Shown here: positions 49,164 to 56,683 of the stretch, one piece after another | Layout: each line of letters begins with the position of its first letter | Position numbering within the stretch: the stretch's first letter is position 1 | Virus record (IMG/VR): IMGVR_UViG_3300037851_000307 | Location: 51,635 to 115,634 of that record | Length of the DNA stretch: 64,000 nucleotides | Direction: 5' to 3' (one strand) | Source: a virus | Taxonomy: Duplodnaviria; Heunggongvirae; Uroviricota; Caudoviricetes | The notes under the pieces: model-generated | Databases searched by the model: none | Told to the model about the DNA's origin: nothing | What the model saw: only the letters and a program-made list of their open reading frames with translations | Made by a program: the position numbers and the translations under genes

Positions 49164-49979
49164 ATGGCAACACAGCAGACAGAACTTAGCGATCAATTGA
49201 TATATGGCATCGATCTTAAGGCACGCCGGATTCATTTCGGGGTTGGTCTAGATCATACAGAAGAGAACCCAGGTATGTTTAGTGGGGCCTCTGTAGAATT
49301 AGCCATTAGGGCGATCCATAAGATGATCCAAGAGGCTCCTAATAAGCCAATTGAGATACACATGAACTCTTATGGCGGCGATGCTTATTCTATGATGTAC
49401 TTAATGGATGTTATCCTATCTAGCCCATGTCAATTTAAGTTCTTTGGCGGTGGAGCTATAATGAGTAGCGCTACTTGGATAATGGCTGTATGCGATGAGC
49501 GATGGCTGTACCCTAATGCAACTATCCTTATTCATGATGGTTATGTAGAAGGTACTGTAAGAAACACCACAGATCACCAAATTGATGCTAAGGAAAATAA
49601 GCGCCTTCAAGATAGACTTAATACTATTTATGCTGAAAACTCTAGAATGCCAAAAGAGTTCTGGGATGATATAGTTCAACGTGACTTATACTTAACTGCG
49701 GAAGAAGCCATAATGTTTGGTTTAGCAGATAAGCTTGTTGAGTACAAGAAGCGCGGAAACTTACGTAAATCTCGTCAAGGCATCTTAGCAAAGCAACCAG
49801 AGTCTAAAGAGTTTAAGAAGCTAATTAAGAATGTATACGACAGGATCGAAAGGGTTTCTGTACCAAACATTTCATTGAATGTAGCTAAAAAAGAAGAATC
49901 TGATCCTAAGGTGATTGTAGACGATACTCCAGTTGTTCAACCTGAAGTTCCTGTAGTTGAGCCAGAGAAGAAAGATTAG
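49164..49979 (+). CDS. ClpP-like serine protease
   Basis: 'IHMNSYGGDAYSMMYLMDV…GGGAIMSSATWIM…ILIHDGY' matches the ClpP Ser/His motif pattern; start moved to MATQQ… at 49164. Confidence 0.7.
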   Translation: MATQQTELSDQLIYGIDLKARRIHFGVGLDHTEENPGMFSGASVELAIRAIHKMIQEAPNKPIEIHMNSYGGDAYSMMYLMDVILSSPCQFKFFGGGAIMSSATWIMAVCDERWLYPNATILIHDGYVEGTVRNTTDHQIDAKENKRLQDRLNTIYAENSRMPKEFWDDIVQRDLYLTAEEAIMFGLADKLVEYKKRGNLRKSRQGILAKQPESKEFKKLIKNVYDRIERVSVPNISLNVAKKEESDPKVIVDDTPVVQPEVPVVEPEKKD

Positions 49980-50446
49980 TAGTCAGACTCTTTGCATTGT
50001 AAGCAGGTAACGCCAATACTTCTCCACATATCTACAACAGATTGCCGATCGTCGACTGCAAAATCGACTTCATAGTATGGCTTTACCATTTCGTTATATA
50101 TGTCTTGCTTTACGATATAGTCATCTCTGTGGTCATGTGACCCACGCATATGAAGAGTGTAGTCTACGTCTTTATTGATGTATTGATCTAGCCATTTAGT
50201 TGTTACTCTTTTAGCATTGTCTGCTCTACCAGTTATAAATATGATCTTATAGCCTGCAGAGTTATAAAGATGAACTAAGTTTTGACACCACACATGAGGT
50301 GGATCATTTATACTCATCTCGTTTATTTCAGTCCAATCTTTTACCTGAGAATGATTTTCAAAGAAGTGCAATCGTGCTGTATTATCAGATAGGGTTCCGT
50401 CAATATCTACGATAATAGCTTTCTGTTTCATGAAAGCATTGTACAA
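49976..50446 (-). CDS. HAD-superfamily phosphatase
   Basis: Motif I 'IIVDIDGTLSD'; motif III-like 'FAVDDR'. Confidence 0.6.
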   Translation of the reverse strand: MYNAFMKQKAIIVDIDGTLSDNTARLHFFENHSQVKDWTEINEMSINDPPHVWCQNLVHLYNSAGYKIIFITGRADNAKRVTTKWLDQYINKDVDYTLHMRGSHDHRDDYIVKQDIYNEMVKPYYEVDFAVDDRQSVVDMWRSIGVTCLQCKESDY

Positions 50447-50457
50447 AGAATAAAATT

Positions 50458-50910
50458 TTAAGGCTGTTCTGGCGTGTCTAAGAGCTGCTGCGTGCTCATT
50501 ATTTTAGTGTTTGTGCACTGACTCATCTTATGTAAAGCGTCTCTTGCTTGGTCCATTGTTTTCTTGGTTTTTTCATATACAGATCTATCGTCTGAAAAGT
50601 ATTCTACAATATGAAAGTTGCCGATGGTAAATATATCTATGAAAGCTTGATAAGACAACTCTTCTCTAAGAGAAGTTTTACTGTCTTTATAGTTGATTAT
50701 TCTTCTCTTTTTGAAAAAATGCAATAGCAATAAAACATATACAATGAGTGGCAATATTAGCATCATTCCGGCAATCACAAAGCCATCTTTTACAGTAGAC
50801 CAATCTTTGTCTCTTATTGCTACTATAAAGCTTGCAAGAACCGCACAAATAGCTAATATTGGTGCTAATATCGTTAATATGTGTGAGAATAATAGTCTAA
50901 GTATTTTCAT
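50458..50910 (-). CDS. membrane protein
   Basis: Two N-terminal TM helices. Confidence 0.45.
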   Translation of the reverse strand: MKILRLLFSHILTILAPILAICAVLASFIVAIRDKDWSTVKDGFVIAGMMLILPLIVYVLLLLHFFKKRRIINYKDSKTSLREELSYQAFIDIFTIGNFHIVEYFSDDRSVYEKTKKTMDQARDALHKMSQCTNTKIMSTQQLLDTPEQP

Positions 50911-51316
50911 CTTTTCTAAAGTACTTTCTTTTATTTTTACTAAAAAATCTACAATATGGAGTCTTAAAGAAGAACGAATAAGAGTCAGAATCGTCTATGT
51001 GTAAGTCTATTCCTTCTCTTAAGCAAAAATCTCCCTTAGTTTTATCCCACAAGTAGTCATCTAAGTAGTGATTACCTTTATCATCTACCATCATTTCTGT
51101 ACCTATAGATTTATGGTAGTCAACTATAGAAAACAAATGAGTGTAAGTGATATTAAGTCGTTGCAGTTCTTCGCGCAAGCGAGGTCCATCTGGTGGACCT
51201 GTGATAACATAAACTTGATGCCCAGCATCAACTAGAGTTTTAGATAAAACAGAGAAGAGTTCAGGAACCTCATCCATTACTCCATGTATATCAAGACCGA
51301 TCTTTAGAATCTTCAT
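50897..51316 (-). CDS. HAD-like protein (5'(3')-deoxyribonucleotidase-like, variant motif I DIHGV)
   Basis: 'KIGLDIHGVMDE' versus the NT5C 'DMDGVLAD'. Confidence 0.4.
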   Translation of the reverse strand: MKILKIGLDIHGVMDEVPELFSVLSKTLVDAGHQVYVITGPPDGPRLREELQRLNITYTHLFSIVDYHKSIGTEMMVDDKGNHYLDDYLWDKTKGDFCLREGIDLHIDDSDSYSFFFKTPYCRFFSKNKRKYFRKDENT

Positions 51317-51662
51317 CTAATACCGTCCTTTCTATAACCCACGATTGAAACGCAGCATTTATGCTTTTGTCGTTGCCCCACATAGGGTCTATAACTATCC
51401 ACTTAAGTGGTAAGTCTGTTTGCAGATACATTAAAAACTTTGTTTCAGGACAAACAGATAGCTTTCTTAGATGACCATAGTGGCTAAGCATAATCATCTC
51501 ATCAAACCAAAACATCTGCCTACTGTCTTCGGTGTAATCTGGGTCTCTTGCTGGTTGAGTTAGCTGATTATTAGGGTGATGCTTCAATAACTCTGGAGGA
51601 GTTTGAGAATGATGTACATCCATAATAATTATAGGATTTCTATTTGGAGGATTAGCCACCAA
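51291..51662 (-). CDS. small protein, paralog family member 1
   Basis: Shares 'WFDEMI…CP.T.FLMY…D.PLK' with the next two ORFs. Confidence 0.5.
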   Translation of the reverse strand: MVANPPNRNPIIIMDVHHSQTPPELLKHHPNNQLTQPARDPDYTEDSRQMFWFDEMIMLSHYGHLRKLSVCPETKFLMYLQTDLPLKWIVIDPMWGNDKSINAAFQSWVIERTVLDEDSKDRS

Positions 51663-51942
51663 GCACCTCCTTTTCTATTATGTGGTCTTGATATGCATCC
51701 CATACTTCGCGTCCATAATGATGATCTGGATCTAATAAGCAATACTTTAAAGGATAGTCACTTTCAAAGTACATGAGGAAATTAGTTACTGGGCATATTG
51801 CCATCTTTTTAGGAATCCACATTCCATCACTTCTAATAGATGTAAGAATCATCTCGTCGAACCAAATTCTTACATATGGTCTAATAAAATCAGGCTTTCT
51901 ATTAGGAACAATTAAGCCATTATTTGGATGTGGGGTGTTCAT
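51652..51942 (-). CDS. small protein, paralog family member 2
   Basis: 'RIWFDEMILTS…ICPVTNFLMYFESDYPLKY'. Confidence 0.5.
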   Translation of the reverse strand: MNTPHPNNGLIVPNRKPDFIRPYVRIWFDEMILTSIRSDGMWIPKKMAICPVTNFLMYFESDYPLKYCLLDPDHHYGREVWDAYQDHIIEKEVLGG

Positions 51943-52225
51943 GAAATATAGCCTGTTCTACAAGAAAGTTGTTATAAGCTTCCATTGTGCAAGATTCTGG
52001 TGGAAAAACTTCCCAACCATATACATGCTTTTGAAGCATAAGGCAGCTGGTTAGTGGACATATTGCAAGCTTTTTCATAGCAAATCCACCCATTGGGTAA
52101 CTTACCTTACATGTCATTTGTTCAAACCAGAATTCTTTATCACCTACTTCAAAATCACTAGGTGTATCTGGCACTGTAACATCGTTGTTCCATATAGCTT
52201 TTTGTCGTTCGTATTTGCTATCCAC
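51920..52225 (-). CDS. small protein, paralog family member 3
   Basis: 'FWFEQMTCKVS…ICPLTSCLML'. Confidence 0.5.
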   Translation of the reverse strand: MDSKYERQKAIWNNDVTVPDTPSDFEVGDKEFWFEQMTCKVSYPMGGFAMKKLAICPLTSCLMLQKHVYGWEVFPPESCTMEAYNNFLVEQAIFHEHPTSK

Positions 52226-52655
52226 CCAATAGCTCCACTTCTATTGCGTACTCTACAATTGCGTCTTTTAATTCTAAAACAGTTTCGCAACCAGCCTCTA
52301 TAATAAAGCCATTAACTTCTTTCATTTGAGCTTCGCCATATTTGTTGGCGTTTTCTTTTATCTCGATTAAAAGCAAATTGTCTGCATCATCGAAACGAAA
52401 GTCATATACGTTTGACCTTCCAGCAATATGAGCTTTACCTACATCTATGAAGAAAGTTATATTTACATTCATGAACCCATTGTCATAATTGGTTGCAAGA
52501 ATATTTTTAAGTTCTCCCATAAAACCTAGCTTATCTGAAGCTGATGCCCATGTCTTGTTTTTCGCTGAAACCTTTGTTGAACTTCTCAGTGTGCTCAACC
52601 ATTTCTTTAATAACCTCTCCCATTGTTTTATCGTGAAGCATGCTTCGCACAACAA
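52218..52655 (-). CDS. hypothetical protein
   Basis: 145 aa; its 5' end overlaps the AAA ATPase gene, so the true start may be internal. Confidence 0.4.
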   Translation of the reverse strand: MLCEACFTIKQWERLLKKWLSTLRSSTKVSAKNKTWASASDKLGFMGELKNILATNYDNGFMNVNITFFIDVGKAHIAGRSNVYDFRFDDADNLLLIEIKENANKYGEAQMKEVNGFIIEAGCETVLELKDAIVEYAIEVELLGG

Positions 52656-53565
52656 TCTCTTCTAAGTGAGCAATACTGAAATCCTTGATCTTAGGATTAT
52701 TGAGAGCCTCTTTTTCTTCTTCAGTGAGGTCACGTTTAGCGATGAACGCAGTTAACGCCAACTTTTCCTGATACGTAGGAGGATCAAGTTTCATCATGAG
52801 GTCAAAGCGACCCGGGCGATCAGCTAGAGAAGCTAATAGGTTCTCTGGGTGATTTGTAGTGGCCACGATGAAAGTTGGCAAAGAGAACGTCACGCCAACA
52901 CCATCTAATAGGTTTAATAAACCAGAATCAACTGGTGCAGCCATTCCGTTGTTTTCTCTTTCTGTTCCGCCGATGTCTTCCATGATGAAGATGAGGCGAG
53001 TACATTTAGAGTCATACTCACTATTTACAGAAAGGAAGTGAGATATAGTATCGGCATCAATCGCTGATGTCGGCCAAACCATAACTACGGTACCTGGATC
53101 TTCTTTAACAAACTCGTTACAAATCTTAGCGATAGCAGAAGACTTACCCATACCCGGAGAAGAATAGATTAAAACTGATCTTTTCTTCATTCGCTTTAAT
53201 TTTTCATATATGTGGAGCTTTGAGTAGAAAAGCTTAGCTTCTTTGGTGATTCTTTCGGTGCTTGTAACAGAAGACAGAAGCTCCCTATCTCTAAGCTCAA
53301 GGGTTCTAAGCTTAACACCGACTGAAGTTTGCTCTAACATAAAAATGCCAGGCTCAATAATATTCTTCTCTTCATCTTCTTTAGGCTTCATATATTCAAA
53401 CTGAACAATTTTGCCTTCATGTTGGAAACAAAGATCGCTTTCTGGAAGCTCATTTTGTTTCCCGCTGATAAATTCATCTAGAGAAGTTGCTTTAATAAGC
53501 TTAAAAAAGCCTTCTTGAGGCTTTTTAACTTCTTCAGTTTTTTCTACTTCTTCTTTAGATGACAT
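52531..53565 (-). CDS. AAA+ ATPase
   Basis: Walker A 'SSPGMGKSS'; Walker B 'LIFIMEDIGG'; sensor 1 'VATTNH'; Arg finger 'RPGRFD'. Confidence 0.65.
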   Translation of the reverse strand: MSSKEEVEKTEEVKKPQEGFFKLIKATSLDEFISGKQNELPESDLCFQHEGKIVQFEYMKPKEDEEKNIIEPGIFMLEQTSVGVKLRTLELRDRELLSSVTSTERITKEAKLFYSKLHIYEKLKRMKKRSVLIYSSPGMGKSSAIAKICNEFVKEDPGTVVMVWPTSAIDADTISHFLSVNSEYDSKCTRLIFIMEDIGGTERENNGMAAPVDSGLLNLLDGVGVTFSLPTFIVATTNHPENLLASLADRPGRFDLMMKLDPPTYQEKLALTAFIAKRDLTEEEKEALNNPKIKDFSIAHLEEIVVRSMLHDKTMGEVIKEMVEHTEKFNKGFSEKQDMGISFR

Positions 53566-53575
53566 CCACCCTCCA

Positions 53576-53899
53576 CTACTGCCTTGTGTTGACCATGTAA
53601 CTCTTTTTATTTAAAAAAGCATGATTTCTTCTGTTAATTCTGTTTACTCTTTTTACAAGAGGCTTACATTCTGAGTCCCAATTGTCAGGTTTTGCGCCTG
53701 GGTTAAACAGATTCATTTTTTCATTTGCTTTTACATGCTTTGGACTAGTTAGAGGAAGCTCTATGTTGTTAGCATAATCCTCATTACCTCTTCCGGGACC
53801 ACTCCACATCAGTCTTTCTTTTCTTGAAAAGATGCGATAAAATTGGTCTCTGTATCTGCGTATCTTTTCAAAAAGACTCTCATCTCTACTCATTAACAC
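53576..53899 (-). CDS. hypothetical basic protein
   Basis: 107 aa. Confidence 0.45.
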   Translation of the reverse strand: MLMSRDESLFEKIRRYRDQFYRIFSRKERLMWSGPGRGNEDYANNIELPLTSPKHVKANEKMNLFNPGAKPDNWDSECKPLVKRVNRINRRNHAFLNKKSYMVNTRQ

Positions 53900-54057
53900 A
53901 TTCCCAATCTAAATAAACAAGGATACTGTGCGTCTAAAGCCGGCAAGAAAGATAAGAAGTTTGTATCGCCATGGTTTAACAAAAGGTAAGTCCAAGTGAC
54001 AGACACTAAAGCTAATAAAACCAATTGGCCAAAATACTTTTTAATAAAAGCAAACAT
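53893..54057 (-). CDS. small membrane protein (54 aa, not in ORF track)
   Basis: MFAFIKKYFGQLVLLALVSVTWTYLLLNHGDTNF…. Confidence 0.3.
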   Translation of the reverse strand: MFAFIKKYFGQLVLLALVSVTWTYLLLNHGDTNFLSFLPALDAQYPCLFRLGMC

Positions 54058-54074
54058 AATATTCCTTTTTAAAG

Positions 54075-54153
54075 TGGTTGCGGAGCCTGGAGTCGCACCA
54101 AGTACACCTTCTAGCTTATGAAACTAGTGAGCCGCAGTTGCTCGATCCCCGCA
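54075..54153 (-). tRNA. tRNA-Met-like (anticodon CAT), atypical 3-nt 8-10 connector and T-loop TGCGACT
   Basis: Acceptor TGCGGGG/CTCCGCA with A-CCA; D-arm GAGC-AACTGCG-GCTC; anticodon arm CTAGT-TTCATAA-GCTAG. Confidence 0.5.
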
Positions 54154-54177
54154 CGTTATAGTTATAAATCGAATCTG

Positions 54178-54858
54178 TTAAAACGGAATGTCTTCATCGT
54201 CGTCTTTGTCGATGTACTCGTTTTTGGTCAGTGTGGTTTTTAGTACTATTGTACCATCGTCTTGTTTTTCAGCTGATAGAATTTTTTCTTTTTCTACAAC
54301 AGTTCCACCAGCTTTTTTGATTAGCATGTCAACAAGGTTATTTTTGACATGCTGCTGTACAACCTTATTCATTTCTTCTTTTAGCATGGTTTCAATTAAG
54401 CGAGACACGGTATGACTATCGATGCACCGCTTAACTTGATTCCTAATATTTGCCTGTATAGCTTCTCTGATCTTTCGTTGTTCCTCAGGGTTGCCAATGA
54501 ACGTTTCTGGCGCTAACTGATTAGCTATAATGAACTCTTTTAGAGGTTGGCCGATCAAACCGTCCATAACTGATCCAGTTTTAATCTCCCAATCGCTCCA
54601 TTTTGTTTCAAAGCCTAAAGCAGACCATACGATCTTTTTCATATTCTGCGAAGCTTCTTTTAAGACATTTGCTTTAGTGTCCTCTAACATAGCTTCAAAC
54701 GAAATATTTCTCATTGACTCAAGATCTACATTTAAAACAACGGCATCCGCTACATCATCATCTGATACTGGAATAAGCTTTAAAGTACCCCAATCTTCTT
54801 TGATTTCGTAAAGTTTGTTCTCGAATTTTGCTAATTTTGCCTTTGGATCTAAAGCCAT
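54178..54858 (-). CDS. hypothetical protein ending in SSB-like acidic tip (…DKDDDEDIPF)
   Basis: C-terminal DDDEDIPF copies the bacterial SSB C-terminal tip (DDDIPF); start moved to MALDPK, which has the SD GGGGGTAAT. Confidence 0.55.
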   Translation of the reverse strand: MALDPKAKLAKFENKLYEIKEDWGTLKLIPVSDDDVADAVVLNVDLESMRNISFEAMLEDTKANVLKEASQNMKKIVWSALGFETKWSDWEIKTGSVMDGLIGQPLKEFIIANQLAPETFIGNPEEQRKIREAIQANIRNQVKRCIDSHTVSRLIETMLKEEMNKVVQQHVKNNLVDMLIKKAGGTVVEKEKILSAEKQDDGTIVLKTTLTKNEYIDKDDDEDIPF

Positions 54859-54879
54859 ATTACCCCCGATATACACTCA

Positions 54880-54889
54880 TCGAATCGGT
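54880..54889 (-). promoter_or_regulatory. ACCGATTCGA motif instance (preceded by CTTTTTAC)
   Basis: About 20 nt upstream of the 54178..54858 start. Confidence 0.45.
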
Positions 54890-54900
54890 AAAGTAAAAAG

Positions 54901-54975
54901 TGGCGTAGCACCTAGGAGTCGAACCTAGATTTCATGGTTTTGGAGGCCAGACGAATGCCGTTATCTTAGTGCTAC
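54901..54975 (-). tRNA. tRNA-like element (canonical acceptor/T-arm/CCA but no foldable anticodon arm); possible pseudo-tRNA
   Basis: GTAGCAC…CTAGG TTCGACT CCTAG GTGCTAC G CCA; the middle region will not form a 5-bp/7-nt anticodon arm. Confidence 0.35.
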
Positions 54976-54977
54976 AT

Positions 54978-55049
54978 GGCGCGGATAAGGGAATCGAACC
55001 CCTGACATTCGGTAGACAGCCGAAGGTTTTGCCACTAAACTATATCTGC
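54978..55049 (-). tRNA. tRNA-Asp (anticodon GTC)
   Basis: D-arm GTTT-AGTGGCA-AAAC; anticodon arm TTCGG-CTGTCTA-CCGAA; T-arm AGGGG-TTCGATT-CCCTT. Confidence 0.75.
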
Positions 55050-55050
55050 G

Positions 55051-55126
55051 TGGGGTGATTGACGGGAGTCTAACCCAGTACCTTCGCTTTCACAGAGCGA
55101 CGTGCAGACCTTACACTACAACCACC
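55051..55126 (-). tRNA. tRNA-His (anticodon GTG) with G-1
   Basis: Extra 5' G pairing with discriminator C; anticodon arm TCGCT-CTGTGAA-AGCGA; 3' CCA. Confidence 0.75.
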
Positions 55127-55143
55127 ATATAAAAATCAACTTT

Positions 55144-55222
55144 AATGTTCCATATCCAGATGGGGATATTAAACATTAGTCAAAAACTTTTATGTTTAAT
55201 CCCGACGGGGGAAATTAAACAT
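55144..55222 (-). repeat. two tandem similar hairpins (AATGTT…GGGGATATTAAACATT and ATGTTTAATCCCGACGGGGGAAATTAAACAT) inside the tRNA cluster
   Basis: Imperfect direct repeat of hairpin-forming units, each followed by a T-rich run on the minus strand. Confidence 0.5.
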
Positions 55223-55236
55223 AAGTAAATAAAACT

Positions 55237-55311
55237 TGGTGCCCAATGGAAGATTCGAACTCCCCAAACCGCGTTACAAAGGCGGCGTTATTCCCACTTA
55301 ACTAATCGGGC
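55237..55311 (-). tRNA. tRNA-Thr (anticodon TGT)
   Basis: Acceptor GCCCGAT/ATTGGGC; D-arm GTTA-AGTGGGAA-TAAC; anticodon loop TTTGTAA; T-arm GGGAG-TTCGAAT-CTTCC; A-CCA. Confidence 0.75.
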
Positions 55312-55312
55312 A

Positions 55313-55404
55313 TGGTCTCACGGGCAGGACTCGAACCTACATTTTGCGCCAATCTAGCGCGTCTGGTGTATAAGGCCAGGGTTTTGCCATTAAACTACCG
55401 TGAG
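55313..55404 (-). tRNA. class-II-like tRNA (92 nt, 22-nt variable hairpin) with apparent anticodon TAT in loop CTTATAC; identity unresolved
   Basis: Acceptor CTCACGG/CCGTGAG; D-arm GTTT-AATGGCA-AAAC; anticodon stem CTGG(C)/(A)CCAG; variable arm GCGC-TAGATTG-GCGC; T-arm GTAGG-TTCGAGT-CCTGC; A-CCA. Confidence 0.5.
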
Positions 55405-55474
55405 TGGTTGCGGACAGGGTAGTTGCAACCCTTATATTAGGCTTATGAGACCCATATAGCGACTTGCGCCCGCA
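55405..55474 (-). tRNA. tRNA-Met/Ile2-like (anticodon CAT) with reduced D-arm
   Basis: Anticodon arm TGGGT-CTCATAA-GCCTA; T-arm AGGGT-TGCAACT-ACCCT; acceptor TGCGGGC/GTCCGCA; only 70 nt. Confidence 0.45.
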
Positions 55475-55490
55475 ATCGTACTTAAAATTT

Positions 55491-55565
55491 TGGTAGACGA
55501 TATAGGAGCTGCACCTATGACCTTCGCTTTGTAAGAGCGCTGCTCTACTGCTGAGCTAATCGTCT
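55491..55565 (-). tRNA. tRNA-Val (anticodon TAC)
   Basis: Acceptor AGACGAT/ATCGTCT; D-arm GCTC-AGCAGTA-GAGC; anticodon loop CTTACAA; T-loop TGCAGCT; A-CCA. Its 5' end overlaps the stop of 55545..56093. Confidence 0.7.
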
Positions 55566-56093
55566 ATGATTCATTACTGCTTTAATTGCTTCTATCCATT
55601 CTTCATGTGAAAAATTATCTGCTCTAGATATGTTGCATTTTCCACAACACGGAACTACATTTTCTAATGTATATCCATATGAATTATTTTTTCTATCTAA
55701 ATTATGACCAGTTTCTTGGCATAAAGAAGAATTGCAATAAAAACATTCTTTTATTAAATTTTTATAGCTATCAAAGTCTATACTCCATTCTAAACTTCTT
55801 TCATTGGCTTTTCTTTGACCATATTTAAATCTATTAAATAGATCAGTTCTATTGATGAAACTTTTATTCTTAGCTTCTTCTCTTTGCCAATAAATATTTC
55901 GTTTCCAGCTATTTTTGCACTCCCTACATGACGAATATCTTCCGTCTTTTGTTGTTTTGCTTTTCGCAAATTTATCTAAATCTTTTTCAATCTTACATTT
56001 ACTACATATTTTGGTACACATAATCCTTTTATACCAAGATAAAAATGGTACCTGGTGCTGGATTCGAACCAACCTTACTCGCCTATCAAGCAA
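55545..56093 (-). CDS. HNH endonuclease inside the tRNA cluster
   Basis: 'GHNLDRKNNSYGYTLENVVPCCGKCN' plus Cys clusters; paralog of 37238..37684. Confidence 0.7.
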   Translation of the reverse strand: MLDRRVRLVRIQHQVPFLSWYKRIMCTKICSKCKIEKDLDKFAKSKTTKDGRYSSCRECKNSWKRNIYWQREEAKNKSFINRTDLFNRFKYGQRKANERSLEWSIDFDSYKNLIKECFYCNSSLCQETGHNLDRKNNSYGYTLENVVPCCGKCNISRADNFSHEEWIEAIKAVMNHRRLAQQ

Positions 56094-56119
56094 GCTTTCT
56101 TCCTACTGAAATAACCAGG
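56045..56119 (-). tRNA. tRNA-Ile (anticodon GAT)
   Basis: D-arm TTTC-AGTAGGAA-GAAA; anticodon arm CTTGC-TTGATAG-GCGAG; T-arm GTTGG-TTCGAAT-CCAGC; A-CCA. Confidence 0.75.
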
Positions 56120-56120
56120 C

Positions 56121-56197
56121 ATGGTCTGCAAGGTCAGAATCGAACTGACTTCCCCTCGGTTCCAAACCGAGAAAGCACCCATATGCTCCTCTCGCAG
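56121..56197 (-). tRNA. tRNA-Pro (anticodon TGG)
   Basis: Anticodon arm CTCGG-TTTGGAA-CCGAG (perfect); T-arm GTCAG-TTCGATT-CTGAC; A-CCA. Confidence 0.8.
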
Positions 56198-56210
56198 ATA
56201 AACTAAAATT

Positions 56211-56287
56211 TGGTACCGGTGAAAGGAATTGAACCTTCAAACACTTGATTCTAAGTCAAGCTGCTTTGCCTGTTTGCATACACCGGC
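56211..56287 (-). tRNA. tRNA with anticodon TAG (Leu by anticodon) but class-I architecture (5-nt variable loop)
   Basis: Anticodon arm CTTGA-CTTAGAA-TCAAG (perfect); T-arm GAAGG-TTCAATT-CCTTT; acceptor GCCGGTG/CACCGGT; A-CCA. Confidence 0.6.
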
Positions 56288-56303
56288 ACGTTAAAACTAA
56301 AAT

Positions 56304-56380
56304 TGGAGCGCGTAGTCGGATTCGAACCGACACTCCATGATTGGAAGTCACGTATGCTAGCCGTTGAACATTACACGCGC
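56304..56380 (-). tRNA. tRNA-Gly (anticodon TCC)
   Basis: Anticodon arm CGTGA-CTTCCAA-TCATG; T-arm GTCGG-TTCGAAT-CCGAC; T-CCA. Confidence 0.75.
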
Positions 56381-56382
56381 AC

Positions 56383-56458
56383 TGGATAGGGATGCTGGAT
56401 TTGAACCAGCGTCATGAGGGTCAAAGCCTCAGGTCCTAGGCCACTAGACGAATCCCCA
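56383..56458 (-). tRNA. tRNA-Gln (anticodon TTG)
   Basis: D-arm GTCT-AGTGGCCTA-GGAC; anticodon arm TGAGG-CTTTGAC-CCTCA; T-arm GCTGG-TTCAAAT-CCAGC; T-CCA. Confidence 0.75.
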
Positions 56459-56463
56459 TCGAT

Positions 56464-56667
56464 TTAAAAACCTCTCTTATATTCAAATTCATAATCAGTT
56501 TGATCTAAGATCTCCTTGATTACTTTTGCCTCGCTTTCGCATTTTTCGACATCTTGGTATTCTCTATTGTCATTGACCCAACGCATCATATCTGTGTATA
56601 TGCTAAATAAAATGTCAGCATTGTCTTTGCTAATAAAAACTTTATTCTCTTTATTGAAATTAAACAT
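56464..56667 (-). CDS. hypothetical small protein
   Basis: 67 aa. Confidence 0.4.
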   Translation of the reverse strand: MFNFNKENKVFISKDNADILFSIYTDMMRWVNDNREYQDVEKCESEAKVIKEILDQTDYEFEYKRGF

Positions 56668-56683
56668 AAATCTCCTTAAAATT

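Noticed and set aside
48966-49235. Long N-terminal extension of ClpP (start 48966) and of the divergent minus-strand ORF (start 49235), overlapping about 270 nt
   Set aside because: Both have internal Met starts with better context (TATAAT/ATG at 49164; SD plus ATG at 49112) that remove the overlap; the extensions are probably read-through of the intergenic region.
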